A stretch of 64,000 nt of DNA from Amphiscolops sp. MND2022 (taxonomy: Eukaryota). Positions within the stretch are counted from its first letter, which is position 1; each line of letters starts with the position of its first letter. Made by a program: the position numbers and the translations under genes. Below, in pieces: positions 1 to 11,709 of this stretch. Under the pieces are notes generated by a model. That model saw only the letters and a program-made list of their open reading frames with translations. It was not told the DNA's origin and made no database searches. The stretch is taken from the NCBI GenBank assembly GCA_964187785.1, contig OZ076409.1, positions 19,842,001 through 19,906,000 on the forward strand, written 5' to 3'.

Positions 1-2661
1 GAATTTTTTGAGCTCGATAGACTCAACCCTTTTTTCAAGACTCCAAGCACCTCCTTCGGTTTTTTCCAGTTTCACTTTTATCTGGGAAACATCAAAGATT
101 TCAACCCAGACACAATTTCCATATCTATTCATTTGGAAACTCGGATAAATAACCATTTTCATTTTTTAGGGCTCATAAGACCCGGATCAAAGGCTCCGCT
201 ATCTTTTGAACCTGTTTTCAAAGTGTTGCAGGGTCCACCTTTATTCCTTTGAAATTCGGAACCCACCAAATTTGAGTTGCCAAGTGATGAATCAAAGAAA
301 AGACCGACACTCTGTTAATTGGCATTGTTTTTTTTCAGTTATAATTAACAAAAAAATGTTGCCTTCACAATTCCAAAACAAATTAGAAGGCATTTTGATT
401 GCTTTTTTTCCAAAAATTTAGCATTTTTTCCCGAAATTTTCATGTTTTTTTCAGACATTTTAGGTCATTTTGTCCTTTTACAGAATGTGAAAATTCGGTG
501 TAAAAAGAAGCTGGGATGATTTCCATATGCTTGCTGGAATAGTTAATGACTGTTTCCATTACGCAAATGAAGGCAATATCAGGGAAATTTGTTCCACAGC
601 AATCACACTTCTAAAGAAAGGTAATGTAATCTAAGAGCACATTCATTTCAAAGTTGCTAGATTAAAAGAATTTTTATTGATACCATTTCCTTTCATCCCA
701 TCTGCGTTCCATTTCCATTCCTAACAAACCACTCCTTCCATTTTTATTACTTTCCAGCACGCCAAGGTAAGGAACTTTCCTTTCATTGCCTGAAATACGA
801 ACAAAAAATTATCGGGCCTGTTTTTTTTGTTTTCGGATTTTGTTCGGCTCTCGGTGAGTATTTTCATGTTCGGATACGTCATGTTCGTATCGCAAATATT
901 ACGTAACGTTTCAGAAAGTTTTGTTGTCCATATTTGGTTACTCACTCAACCCCCCCCCACCGCGAATGCCACGTACTTCTACTACTGTGCTCTTAATAGT
1001 ACCTATATTTTAGTCATCAATCCCAATCATATCCTCGAATACCGGGAAATGGGTGTTTTATTTTCATCGAAACAAAGCAACTTTGTCTGAAAAAGCAGGA
1101 AAAGGAAAGACAAAACCCACGCGGACGTGAACAATAAGGTTGATCAATCAGTGATGAAGGACAATTAATATACTTGAAAATTCCAAGATCGTAACAAACT
1201 CTATGAAATCTCTGAAAAGAAGTTTTTAGAAATAGATTTAGCGTTTTGATTCCGGTTTTGGGTTTACTCTTCCCAGATAGCTTGGGAAAATTAAATGTTC
1301 ATCAAAGTTGATAAATTAAGCAGCAACATCTTCAGCAACTTTTACAACAACCATGGTACTAAAACACGATGGGATATATCTACTCTCTGGTAAAAATACG
1401 ACAGTAGAATACGCTGACACATTCTAACAAGAGTTGAAATGCATTTGCACAAGTTGTTTGCTATGCAAGGGGCAATATCGAAGTTAGTTATTTCAGAGTT
1501 AGAGAGAACAAGGAGCGGCGGTAATTAATAAGAAACTGCGACACTTCTTTATACTTTTAAAGGTAACGATTTCTCAATGAGATTTTAGCGCTTCAATGCG
1601 GTTATTTTCCTTGGACAAATGTTGTAACATTAACACAGTACATAAATTGGTGCAATTACTTCGTTTTATTCTAATGACGTTGTGACGACGTGTTTTTGAG
1701 CCTATAAACCAGCTGCGACGTAATTTTGAGATACAATAGCTTCTACGTTTAACCAGAAGCCTAAGTCGTGACGCGATCTCATATCGTTTGATTTGTTGTG
1801 ATTAGTGTCCACCGTATTGACACTTTTGACTTCGTATCAGTAGCTTTATCATTGTTATTTTCCGCCCAAAAATTATGGGAAGGAAAATCGTGATCTGTGT
1901 TGCGTTTTGTTTCCAAATTTTGCCAAATCTCCACGATCTCCATAAATGGTCAAGTAACCAAAAAAGTCAAGTTGTGGATAAGGATAGTCAATTCCTCCAT
2001 TCCTAGCTCACTGGTATGAGGTACAATGCAGACAACAATGCAATTGGCGGAGATGAACGGAAAAAGAAGAACAAGGCGGAAAATATCTCGTTGCTTAGCG
2101 GGCGTCTTATCACTATTGTCCTAGTTATTTCACAAACAGGGATATAATTATTAGGCTGATTGCAATTGCATATAAGATGGTTTGTTAAAAAAATCTTTTT
2201 TATCCGATTGCAATATTTGTTTGAAAGATAGCCTTGTTTGTATTTGTATCAATGACGTACTCCTGATGTTAAATAATTCTATTTCAGGTTGGAACTATTT
2301 CCATTGCTTGTTGTCATACTGTAAGAGCAAAATGATTTCTTTCTAAACTGTTTTGTTCTTTAATTTTTTGACGCAGCGTTGGCATAGTGTTAGTATCCTA
2401 TCTCTTATATGATTGGGGGCCTATTCATACAGCAGAAAATGAAAATTTGGTCCCATACAGCAGAATTCAAAATACTAACTTTTAGTGCTGTTATAGCTAA
2501 TATGTATGGAACTAGATTTCTTTAAAAGGTTAGCATATTTGTTGTAAGGCTCGGTCGCTTCGCTCCCTTCGCCAAGTAGCAACATTGAGGCATGGCCATA
2601 TGGCACGTCGCTCCGCTTCGCTTCGCTCCTGCATTTAGAGCACTAGAGGTATGTGAGCATA

Positions 2662-3446
2662 CCATACTGTAATAAATGAATTGGACCCCTGATTGTAAAC
2701 AATGATTTGGACTGAAAATAAATTAGCTCGAAACCCGAGTGACTTTGAAGGTAATCAAAAAACGCTTGATCAAATATTATTAAATTTGTGGAAACACTTC
2801 AGAATCAGTTTTGCAAACAATTTTGGGGCTTTGTGATATCACTTTCAACAACTTGTATTAACTACTAAATTTCGATCTAGGAGCAAATTTTTGCAAAATT
2901 AGACGTCTGACAGACGCAAGGTTGCAATTTTGGAATGTTGACAGAGACTAATCCATCCACTAATGACGACAATTTGTTTTGTTAACAGAAAACTTGATGA
3001 AAACTATAAATATATAAGGGTTCTTTCAAAAATAATTTCATGCCCTATCTTAATACATTGCATTCAAGTTTCTTTCTCTGAAATGTCCAGTTCAAGAAGA
3101 TTTCTTTTCAAAGTTTTGCAATAAAAAATATTTTAGTGGATACTTTTGTTGAAAAAGCGTCAGAGAGATTGAAAATGAATTTTTTTCTACACTCGAGGCT
3201 TTCGAAATTTGAATTTAAAAAGGTTAGAAACAAAATCATTAGTAAAATGCATAGCTTCTAAGTTTTTGTATATTGATCTCAGAATTTTCAAACGAAAATG
3301 TTTGTAATCAACGTTGAAATATATTAAAGTTTTAGTTTTACAGTTTTCCAAAATATTTTTTCGTTCAGAAGATTTTGGTCTCCTTTAATCGAGTCCAAAT
3401 CATTTTTTACAATCAGAGGAGGTCCAATTCATTTATTACAGTATAG
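2662..3446. mobile_element. TA-flanked MITE (Tc1/mariner-type ends) nested in the MULE-like element
   Basis: About 50-bp TIRs: CCATACTGTAATAAATGAATTGGACC..TGATTGTAAA at 2662 and its reverse complement ending at 3446. TA on both sides. Confidence 0.65.
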
Positions 3447-3615
3447 TACCTGACTATAGTCAGGTACCATACTGTAATAAATGAATCGAATTGAATTCAC
3501 TAAGTTGAAAACGCGTGTCGGATTTGGTCGGAATTATTATTATAACGTATACGTTATAATAATAATTCCGACCAAATCCGACACGCGTTTTCAACTTAGT
3601 GAATTCAATTCGATT
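3427..3615. repeat. Two abutting spacerless palindromes (60 bp with 1 mismatch; 132 bp perfect)
   Basis: 3427-3486 centred on CTA|TAG (3456/3457). 3484-3615 centred on CGTA|TACG (3549/3550) with 66-bp perfect arms. Confidence 0.95.
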
Positions 3616-4561
3616 TCAAATTTCAGCCAATCAGATTGCAGCATAAACAAATATTCTGCTGTATGGAACCGAACTTTCATTTTCTGCTGTATGAGACTTC
3701 TGCTGTGTGGGAATTCCCCATATGATTGGTCACCGTACGCAGTATGAGCGTAAAGATATTCTTATCTCTTTATTCTTTTTTGTCACGTAGTCTTATGCTG
3801 TTTGTTTATTTCTATTGACAGTAAAGCGGGTGTTAGTAAGTTTCTTTCTCAAGCATTACAAAGAGTTTAATTGGGATTTGACAAGGTTAATTGGTTTCTA
3901 ATTAATTTCCGAGGTGTTGGTAATTGATCGTTTTGTTAGTTATTGCATAACTGTAAGTTATTCATTTACGTCATTACCAACTAGTTTCCGTCTTTCCTGT
4001 TTCCTAGGAGAAAGTTAAGGTCACAGTTTTCCTTGACTCAGTTTGAGTTATTTAGTTCCAGCAGTATTTTACCTTCATTAAGCACCTGTGTGTCACCTTC
4101 CGTATTTTATACGTCTGCAGCTGCAGACCAGTTCTGCTGCGGACTGTTACTGTTAAAGGAACTCCTTGAAAAACTCCTCCATGTGAAATCTCATAAAACA
4201 ATTATTTTTTTTCGGAATCATTTTGCTACGAATTTCGCTTTTTTTTTCCACAAAATAACACGGTAAAGAAAATCTCTGGTGTGCTTTCATTTTATGAAAC
4301 TACTGTGAGTCAATTAAGCAAACTTCAAGATACAGAAGGAAATTTAATTGAATAGCAGATGAAAGATAGAGCAGTCCAAGCCCTTTTCTTGCACACCATT
4401 CTCTAATGTGATTTACAAGGGTACCAAAACCTCAAGAAAATCTGCTTCGCAGACAAAATTTTTCAAAATTCAATTATTCTTCACATATCAAGTTTCCAAA
4501 AGTTTCAGTACCGAAACTTGCGTCATTTCCGAGCGGAATTGTAAGTTGTCTGGTTTTCAAG

Positions 4562-5167
4562 AAGGGTTTTCTCCAAGACGACTTGTCTGACCCCACAATA
4601 AATGTCACTGGTTTCTTAACCTCAGTCAGTACAATTTTCTCCTCTAGCTGATGAAGGGGGATGAACCAATTCAGTTTAGCCCTACACTCGTGATCAAAGA
4701 TGGATAACAACTTTGTGTCTGTAACAGCTGCTGAAGTCACGGAGTGAACAATGCCTCTCAATGGCCACCATTTTAAAACCTTTGTTCTCGATAACTAAGG
4801 TTCGGATACAAAGACTAACAGAACGATATTTATTGAACTCGCATTAAAATAATTTGGAATATTCTAGAATATTGAAGATCAAGATAACAATGAATTGAAT
4901 GAGAAGAATTATCACCGCCAAAACGAAAATTTGATCACACAAACATGAGAATATGAGTCCCTTTTGAATCTGAATAGCAGGGCTTTTTCGAGAGTATTTT
5001 CAAGGTAATTTTACCAAAATCGGAAAGATATTTCCAAAATATGAAATATTTTACATGCCCGGGAATCGAACCCACAAACTATGGCTTGAAAGTCTAATCT
5101 TTTTACCACTCGGCCATAGCGCCGTATGATTTGTTTGTTTTAAATTAACGATATTGCTACCGCAACA
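4562..5167 (-). repeat. BEL 3' LTR (distal end uncertain; may extend to 4540)
   Basis: About 12 differences from 13282-13889 (about 98% identical by manual count). Confidence 0.85.
5053..5123 (-). promoter_or_regulatory. tRNA-derived Pol III A/B-box cassette inside the BEL 3' LTR
   Basis: Minus strand reads GGCGCTA-TGGCCGAGTGG(A box)..CTTTCAA..GGGTTCGATTCCC(B box). Anticodon and acceptor stems are broken. Confidence 0.8.
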
Positions 5168-5315
5168 TCCTCCGGGCCCAAGATGAATGTTTTATAGTGC
5201 AAAAAAAAACTTTTTTCAATGTTTTGTGAAACATGTTTTTACATAAAAATTAATTTTTTCATACATGTTGATACATGAAGCATAAATAAAAGAAGTGGAG
5301 GAAACAGAACATTGT

Positions 5316-8300
5316 TTATTCGGGAAGGGGAGGGACAGGAGCGAGTTTGATCACTGTGCGTACAAGGTTACCAGATGCTGTTCTGACTTCAGCGGACCTG
5401 GCGACGGCGTCTGTGCCGAAGTTAGGCTTTACGACACGAGCTAGTGGATAGTGCCCTCTAGGTGAGGTCGGTTCAACAATCCACACGAGATCTCCGGTCT
5501 TCAGATCTCTGTTTGAATGCGATGACCACTTCGAACGGCGGTTCAGAGTGGGAACGTATTCTCTTAACCACCTGCTCCATACTATGTCGGAATAAGCTTG
5601 CGCTCGAGCGTAACGTTTGCGATGGTCGACGTCTGCTTGCTGATGCGAAGGCAGTACTGAACCTGAAGTTCCATGTAGAAAATGGTTTGGAGTTAAGGCG
5701 TCCAAATCGGTCGCATCTGCACTAGCAGGCATTAACGGTCGTGCATTCAAACTTTGTTCCACGAGGCAGAACGTGGTTGCAAGAATTTCGTCTGTCAGTC
5801 GTCTATTTCCGAGGACAGCGTAGCACACATGCTTAAAACTACGTACTAAACGTTCCCAAACACCTCCATGGTGAGGAGCACTGGGTGAGTTAAATTTCCA
5901 CTTGATTCCTTTCTTGACAAGTGATTCAGCCAAAACTTGCTGATTCCAGTTTCTGACGTTCAGTAATAGTTCTTTGTCACTCGCAATAAAGTTGGTGCCG
6001 TTGTCTGACCAGAGAACTGATGGAGTGCCTCGTGGGGCAGCAAATCGTTCAATTCCCATCACACAACTACTAGTGTCCATTGACGGCACAACTTCAAAAT
6101 GGACGGCTCGAGTAGTCAGACAAGTGAAAAGGAATCCCCAGCGTTTCTCAGTAGAACGCTTCACGGACACGTAGAAGGGACCAAAGTAGTCAATTCCTGT
6201 GTTGCGGAATGGAGGTTCTCTGTATGCAAGTCTTTCCCGATAAGATCGGACATCATGGGAGCTAATGTCTCAGCCTTGCGCTTACGACAGGTGATGCACC
6301 TGGATACAATTGATCTCAAGGTTGGTCTCAATTTGACGATTGCGTATTGTTGCTGGATGAAAGCCCTCAAGTATTCAACACCCTGGTGGCATTGATTAAT
6401 ATGGAGGTTCTCCAGGAACAACCGAACTAAGCGATGACGGCTATCTAGTAGAATTGGGTGTTTCATGTCGAATGAAGCAACATCCAGCTGTTTTGTGCGA
6501 ACAAAAGCTCGCAGTAAACCATTAGGTCCGAAGAAAGGGAAAAATTCAACAATTTTAGAAGACTTGCTGAGGGGGAGTGACTTCAACAAGCATTTCTTTT
6601 CGGTGTTAAAGGACTCGAGTTGTACCAGATGGAACAATCTCTGTTGGGCATTGTCGAGTTCAGTTGGATCTGTAATAAATCCAGTGTCAGTGCGCTTGGA
6701 TTCGTTCTTGGAAAGGAATCTTAACATGTAAGCCACAATGCGCAGAAGCTTCTCGTACGAACTGTACTTCTGCCATTTGAAAGTTGTTGCAATTTCGGTT
6801 ACTGTTGCGGTGATTGCAGTACACTGATGTTCTTTGGTTTCGTTAACTTCAGTGGAATCAGCGCCTTTATTGAGCTTTACTTTCTGACGAAATTCTTCTG
6901 GGAGTTTGAAAGGGAAGTTGGATGTTTTTAGAAAGTCTGGTCCTGTCAGCCAACAACCGTTCAAAAGATCAGTTGCAGACATTCCACGTGTGCCCGCATC
7001 AGCCGGATTGTGAGCTGTAGGGACGTAGTGCCACTCATCAACAGTTGTTAAGTCTAGAATCTCGCATACTCGGTTCGCAACAAATGTGGGTTGCTTTTCC
7101 AAAGAAGTTGACCACTGAAGCACAGTTGAACTATCGCTCCACATGAAAGTTCTGTCTATCTTCAAAGACAGTGCACGGAGGACCTCGGCGCGAAGTCGTG
7201 CTGCCAGTAATGCGGCTTGTAGCTCCAACTTTGGAACAGTTAGTGCCTGCATTGGAGACACTCTTGCTTTTCAAAGACGAAAGCTAGCTGCGTCACAACA
7301 CCGTGGTCGTTTATTAGTTTTCCTCGCAAGAAAACGACTGCGCTGAAAGCATCTTGTGAGCTATCACCAAACACGTGTAGTTCAATCGTCTCAGCAGTTT
7401 GACAGAAGCAACTTCTTGGTATGGTAATTTCATTCAAAGTTGACAACTCTCTGTTCCATTCCAAGAACTTTGTTACAATTTCGTCTGGCAATTTGTCGTC
7501 CCACTGCTGGCCACTGAGCCTCCAAACTGAGCCACTTTCAAAAGCAGGCGCGCTTTGATGGTGAATGGCGCGACGAGACCAATTGGGTCGTATACAGCGG
7601 ATACCAAACTCAGAACAACCCTTTCAGTGACATTTCGGTCGGTGTTTGGACTTGTTCCTCTGCTAACAACTGGGGTGTCTGTTGAGTGATTCCATTTCAT
7701 TCCAAGAACGTGCGAGAATTTCTCCACAGTCGGAATCTCTTTCTCTTCCGTGGTTCTGGTGTCGCGGTTCGGATCTACTTCGATGGGGATGCTTGGTACA
7801 TTAGACACAAACTTTGTCAGTTTAAACCCCCCTATAGCGAGCATTTTAACAAGATCCTTTGCTTTGTTAGAGGCTTCGTTAGCTGTTGGACTTGATTCGA
7901 GGTAATCGTCCATATAAAAATTGTTGTGAACGCTTCGTGCTGCATCTGGTAAGTTGGCTTGGTTATCTGTGGCAGTTCGTTTCAGTGCGTAGATAGCGCA
8001 TGTTGGCGAATCTTTAGATCCGAAAATATCCCGAACATACTCGAAAACAGCAACTTCAGCTGCTGGGTGCTCCCGCCACAAAAATCGAAGTGATGGTCTG
8101 TCACGTGGGATAACTCCAACTTGGAGAAACATTCCTTCGATGTCCGCAGATACAGCAAAAGGATATTGACGGATACGGAAAAGAATGTGGATTAGGCTCT
8201 GCAGCAAACCTGGTCCTGCTAGAAGAGCACTGTTCAGGGACTGACCATGAAATTTTGCGGCTCCATTAAGAACCCTTCGGACTTTGCCAGGCTTGTGAGG

Positions 8301-11300
8301 TTGCACGACTGGATGGTGCGGTAAATACCATTCACGGGGCTGGTCTACTTTAAAACAGTCAGTTTTTTCTACTCGAACAATATAGCCTTTCGAGAAATCA
8401 TCGCAGAAAAGTAATTGTTTGATAAACAACTTTCGTCATCGGCCCACAACTTACCAACTTGGTATCGGGACCCATCGTGGTATGTTGTTTCATCAAGTAT
8501 CTTCGTCGCTCTCGCGTCGGTTGCGGAACGGGAGTTCACTTGTTTGTACGAGCCATATGATTCTATGTCGTACCAGCTTCGGAGTCGGTCGGAGAGTGTA
8601 CAATCGTGCTCTTGTTGGGTAACAGCTTTAAAGCATGTCGAAAACAGACCCGTGGTCGACGGAAGGGGTCCACTCAGTACCCAGCCCAACGGTAAACGGA
8701 CGGCAACTGGGGTATTTCGGCGGTCGGATTCGAAATACTCCAGTGGGCGGATAGCGTGGAAAACGTCCGGACCAAGAATCATTTTCACATCTGTGTAGCT
8801 GTACCCGCTAAGAGCGATTGGTTCTAAGTGTGGATAGCGAGTCTTCAAATCATCTACGTCAATCACATCATTACCAATAGTCAATTGATCTCGCACATAA
8901 GGTTTGACAGTAAAGGAGGAGCAAGAGCCAACCGAATGAACCGGTGTCAACTTGAGCTCGACCATTTGAGTGGCAACAACCTTATTGGAGTTAATTCCGT
9001 GTACGGTCAACTTAGTCGGCGTTCCGCGCACGTCAAGTCTGTGGGCTAGTTCAGAGGAAATCCAAGAATGACTACACGCTGAGTCGCACAAAACCAATAC
9101 CTTCTCAGATTTCTCTGACGTTAGCAATTCTACTTCTGTTATTTGTAACAATCCTTTCACATCAGAGATGGAAGGGAGGCATGAGATGACTTCCTCTTTC
9201 TTTTGGGTCGTTGTTGTTACGCTACAAGTAGTTGCTTCACCATTGCCTGCTTTCTCAGATTCAGATTTTCTCAAGAAAATCTTCTCTGCACCATGTAGCA
9301 AAGTGTTGTGCGTACTTCCACAACCATCTTTGGTGCATTTGCGTGGCTGGGGGCAATTGCGGAAAGAGTGTTGTCCATTAAAGCATGAGAAACAAAATTT
9401 GTTCTCGGCAACAACTATCGCGCGTTCTGTTGGAGTCTTCTTTCTGATTGCTTGACATCGCCACAACGGATGCTTATCTTGCAAACTACCCAATTAACTT
9501 GGAATTTTTGGGTTGACGGCTTGGTTGTGATGGTATTTTTAGTGGAAGTTGTTGTTGCAGCGAACACTTTAGAATTGTTCTTGCTTTTCGTTACGTTTCC
9601 GGTTGGAGTTTCTTCAACTTTTGGTTTTCCAGTGGCAGCTTTCATCCTCTCGTGAGCTTTAGCTTTGTCCTTCAACCAATCATTGAAGTCAATCAGAGTC
9701 AGTCGGTTCAAATCGCGCTTCACTGTATGCATTGACCACCCTTCTTTCAAGTTCGGGGGAAGCTTTTCAACTGCTTGGCCGAGCAGTGAAGCACTCGAAA
9801 GATCTTGAACGTAGTTCAGAGATCGGAAAATACCAACCAAGGAGCAAATTGTAGCTGTATAACTTATGATGCTTTCGCTGTTATGCATTTTCACTGGAGG
9901 AAAATTCGCTAATTTGTCCAAGTAGGCACTGACCACAGTCTGTGGTTGGCCGAATTTCCGTTCAAGGGTCTTCAGTGCTTCCTTGTACATTGTCCCGCAG
10001 TACGCGAACTCAGCAATTGCCGTTTTTGCTTTCCCCGTAACAAGCGTCTTCAAATATGTAAGCTTCACGTCGTCTGTGAGTGGAGATGAGTCAATGGCAC
10101 TCTTGAACTGGCCAAACCACTCATGCCATTGAAGAGGGTCGCCATTAAACTGGGCTAGTTTCCACTCAAGGAGATGGTCTTTCTTTGTCGATGACAAAAG
10201 TTGTGCAAGGTGTTGCATTGTGAAGTTGTTTACAGACGGTTGGGGCAAAGTAAACGAACTTGCGGGTACAAAGGAAGGGGCAATAACACTGGGAAACGTT
10301 GTTGAAGTTTGAAGTACACTACAGCTTGCTGTCGATGTCACCATGGCAGTCGGTTGCACGAAGAAAACGGTTCCTCTACTTGATATTGGGAAAACGGATG
10401 CTGTAGATAATGCACTAATGTTGGCTGGAGTGGCTGTCGGTAAGGTTGCAGTGGGAAGTGGCACCACAGAGGTGACCGTCGAATGTTGTGCAGTTTTGAC
10501 GACCGGAAAACTCCAAGCTGACAAGTTAGGTAAAACGTGGTTCATCGGCATTGTGACTATCGGATTGGGTCGAGGTTGAGCTATTGTTGGAGCTGAAGTG
10601 ATACTCGTTGAAGAACAAGGATGTTGCAAAGTGCTAGCATTGTTCAAAAACAAACCAGTAGCAGCGGAGTTATAAGCGGTTAAACTAGTTTGACCGGGGA
10701 AACGCGGAAGCTGGCCAGGTAAACCAGCAAACATGTTGGTGGGGTGGTTCAAGGACTCAGTTGTTGTAAGCGACAGTGGAGCCGTACCTGTGGTGTTTTC
10801 CGTTTTTGGCGGAACATTATTTTGCACCGTAACAAATGCAGGCGCTGATACAGTAGCGTTTTCATTTGATGGATGCAGCTAAGGGCAATGGTTGCGTACC
10901 AACGGTCTGTTCCTGATTCGATTCAGGGGCACGTTGATTGGTAGCAGATGTCAAAGTGGAAGAATTATTAACCCAGTTGTTAACTCGGGTTGACTGATGT
11001 TCGTGGCTCCCCTCACTCAGTAGTGATAGCGTCTCATGGAATTCTTCATTTGTCGCCAACAGATCATCTTGTAGTTCTAATTCAATCAGTGTTGCCTCAG
11101 CCAGTTTTTTGCGGTTCTCTTCCTGCACCTCGGCGACTCTAAGTGCGATTTCTTCCTTGAGACGCCTTGTTCTTGCTGCATTCGTTTGATTTCGAGATCT
11201 TGCTTTTGCTGAGTCAGTCGGAGTGCAGCTTCATTTTGCTTCTCAATTTCTTCACGCCTCTGTTTTGCAAGGAGTAGCTCTTTCTGCCGTTGTCTTGACG

Positions 11301-11709
11301 TCTTTGATCGAAGAGAGCTTGAAACTTTACTGGACTTTGTCTTGTTTGTCGATGGAACTATTGAAGTTTGCGAAGCGTTGTCGGGTTGCAGACATTTCTC
11401 CAGCTAATCGCGAGCTTTCGTCAGTATTTCATCGTTTCTGACAGCAACGTCGTTTAACCACTTTTCCAAGTCTGGCTTCACTGACTCTGGGTTGGTTGAT
11501 TCGTTGGCTAAGCCTAGGAGTTGTTCGTTTTTTGCAAAAGTTTTAGTCATAGCTTCCTCACACGAGGTGATTAATTGATCAACGCGAACACGTCGTTCGG
11601 TTTTTCCAATGGCGTCATTGCGCTTTTGTTGGATCTTGTTCAGCTCCGCTTCAGATTTAGCGCGACTATCATGTAGTTTGGAGACTTTCTTTTGCATCGT
11701 ATCAGCCAT
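5316..11709 (-). pseudogene. BEL/Pao gag-pol polyprotein, multiply frameshifted
   Basis: Gag FNGDPLQWHEWFGQF; zinc knuckles CFSCFNGQHSFRNC and CTKDGCGSTHNTLLH; protease LCDSAC; RT ADIEGMF/FGSKDSP/YMDD; RNase H LHVFGDSS/PKLELQAA/WSDSS/NPAD; integrase SDNGTNF/GGVWERLVRS. Split over 8 ORFs. Confidence 0.95.

Larger units (their letters stand above)
2416..3719. mobile_element. Non-autonomous TIR DNA transposon, Mutator/MULE-like
   Basis: Ends GGGGCCTATTCATACAGCAGAA.. and ..TTCTGCTGTGTGGGAATTCCCC, with repeated CATACAGCAGAA subterminal motifs in inverted orientation. Flanked by a 9-bp direct repeat ATATGATTG (2407-2415, 3720-3728). No ORF. Confidence 0.75.

Noticed and set aside
484..620. Exon-like segment (TTTTACAG..AAG|GTAATG)
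   Set aside because: All three frames contain a stop; no recognisable domain or partner exon.
5053..5123. Functional tRNA-Glu gene (likewise tRNA-like units at 13775, 34172, 49114 and 53185)
   Set aside because: Acceptor and anticodon stems do not pair; only promoter boxes remain.
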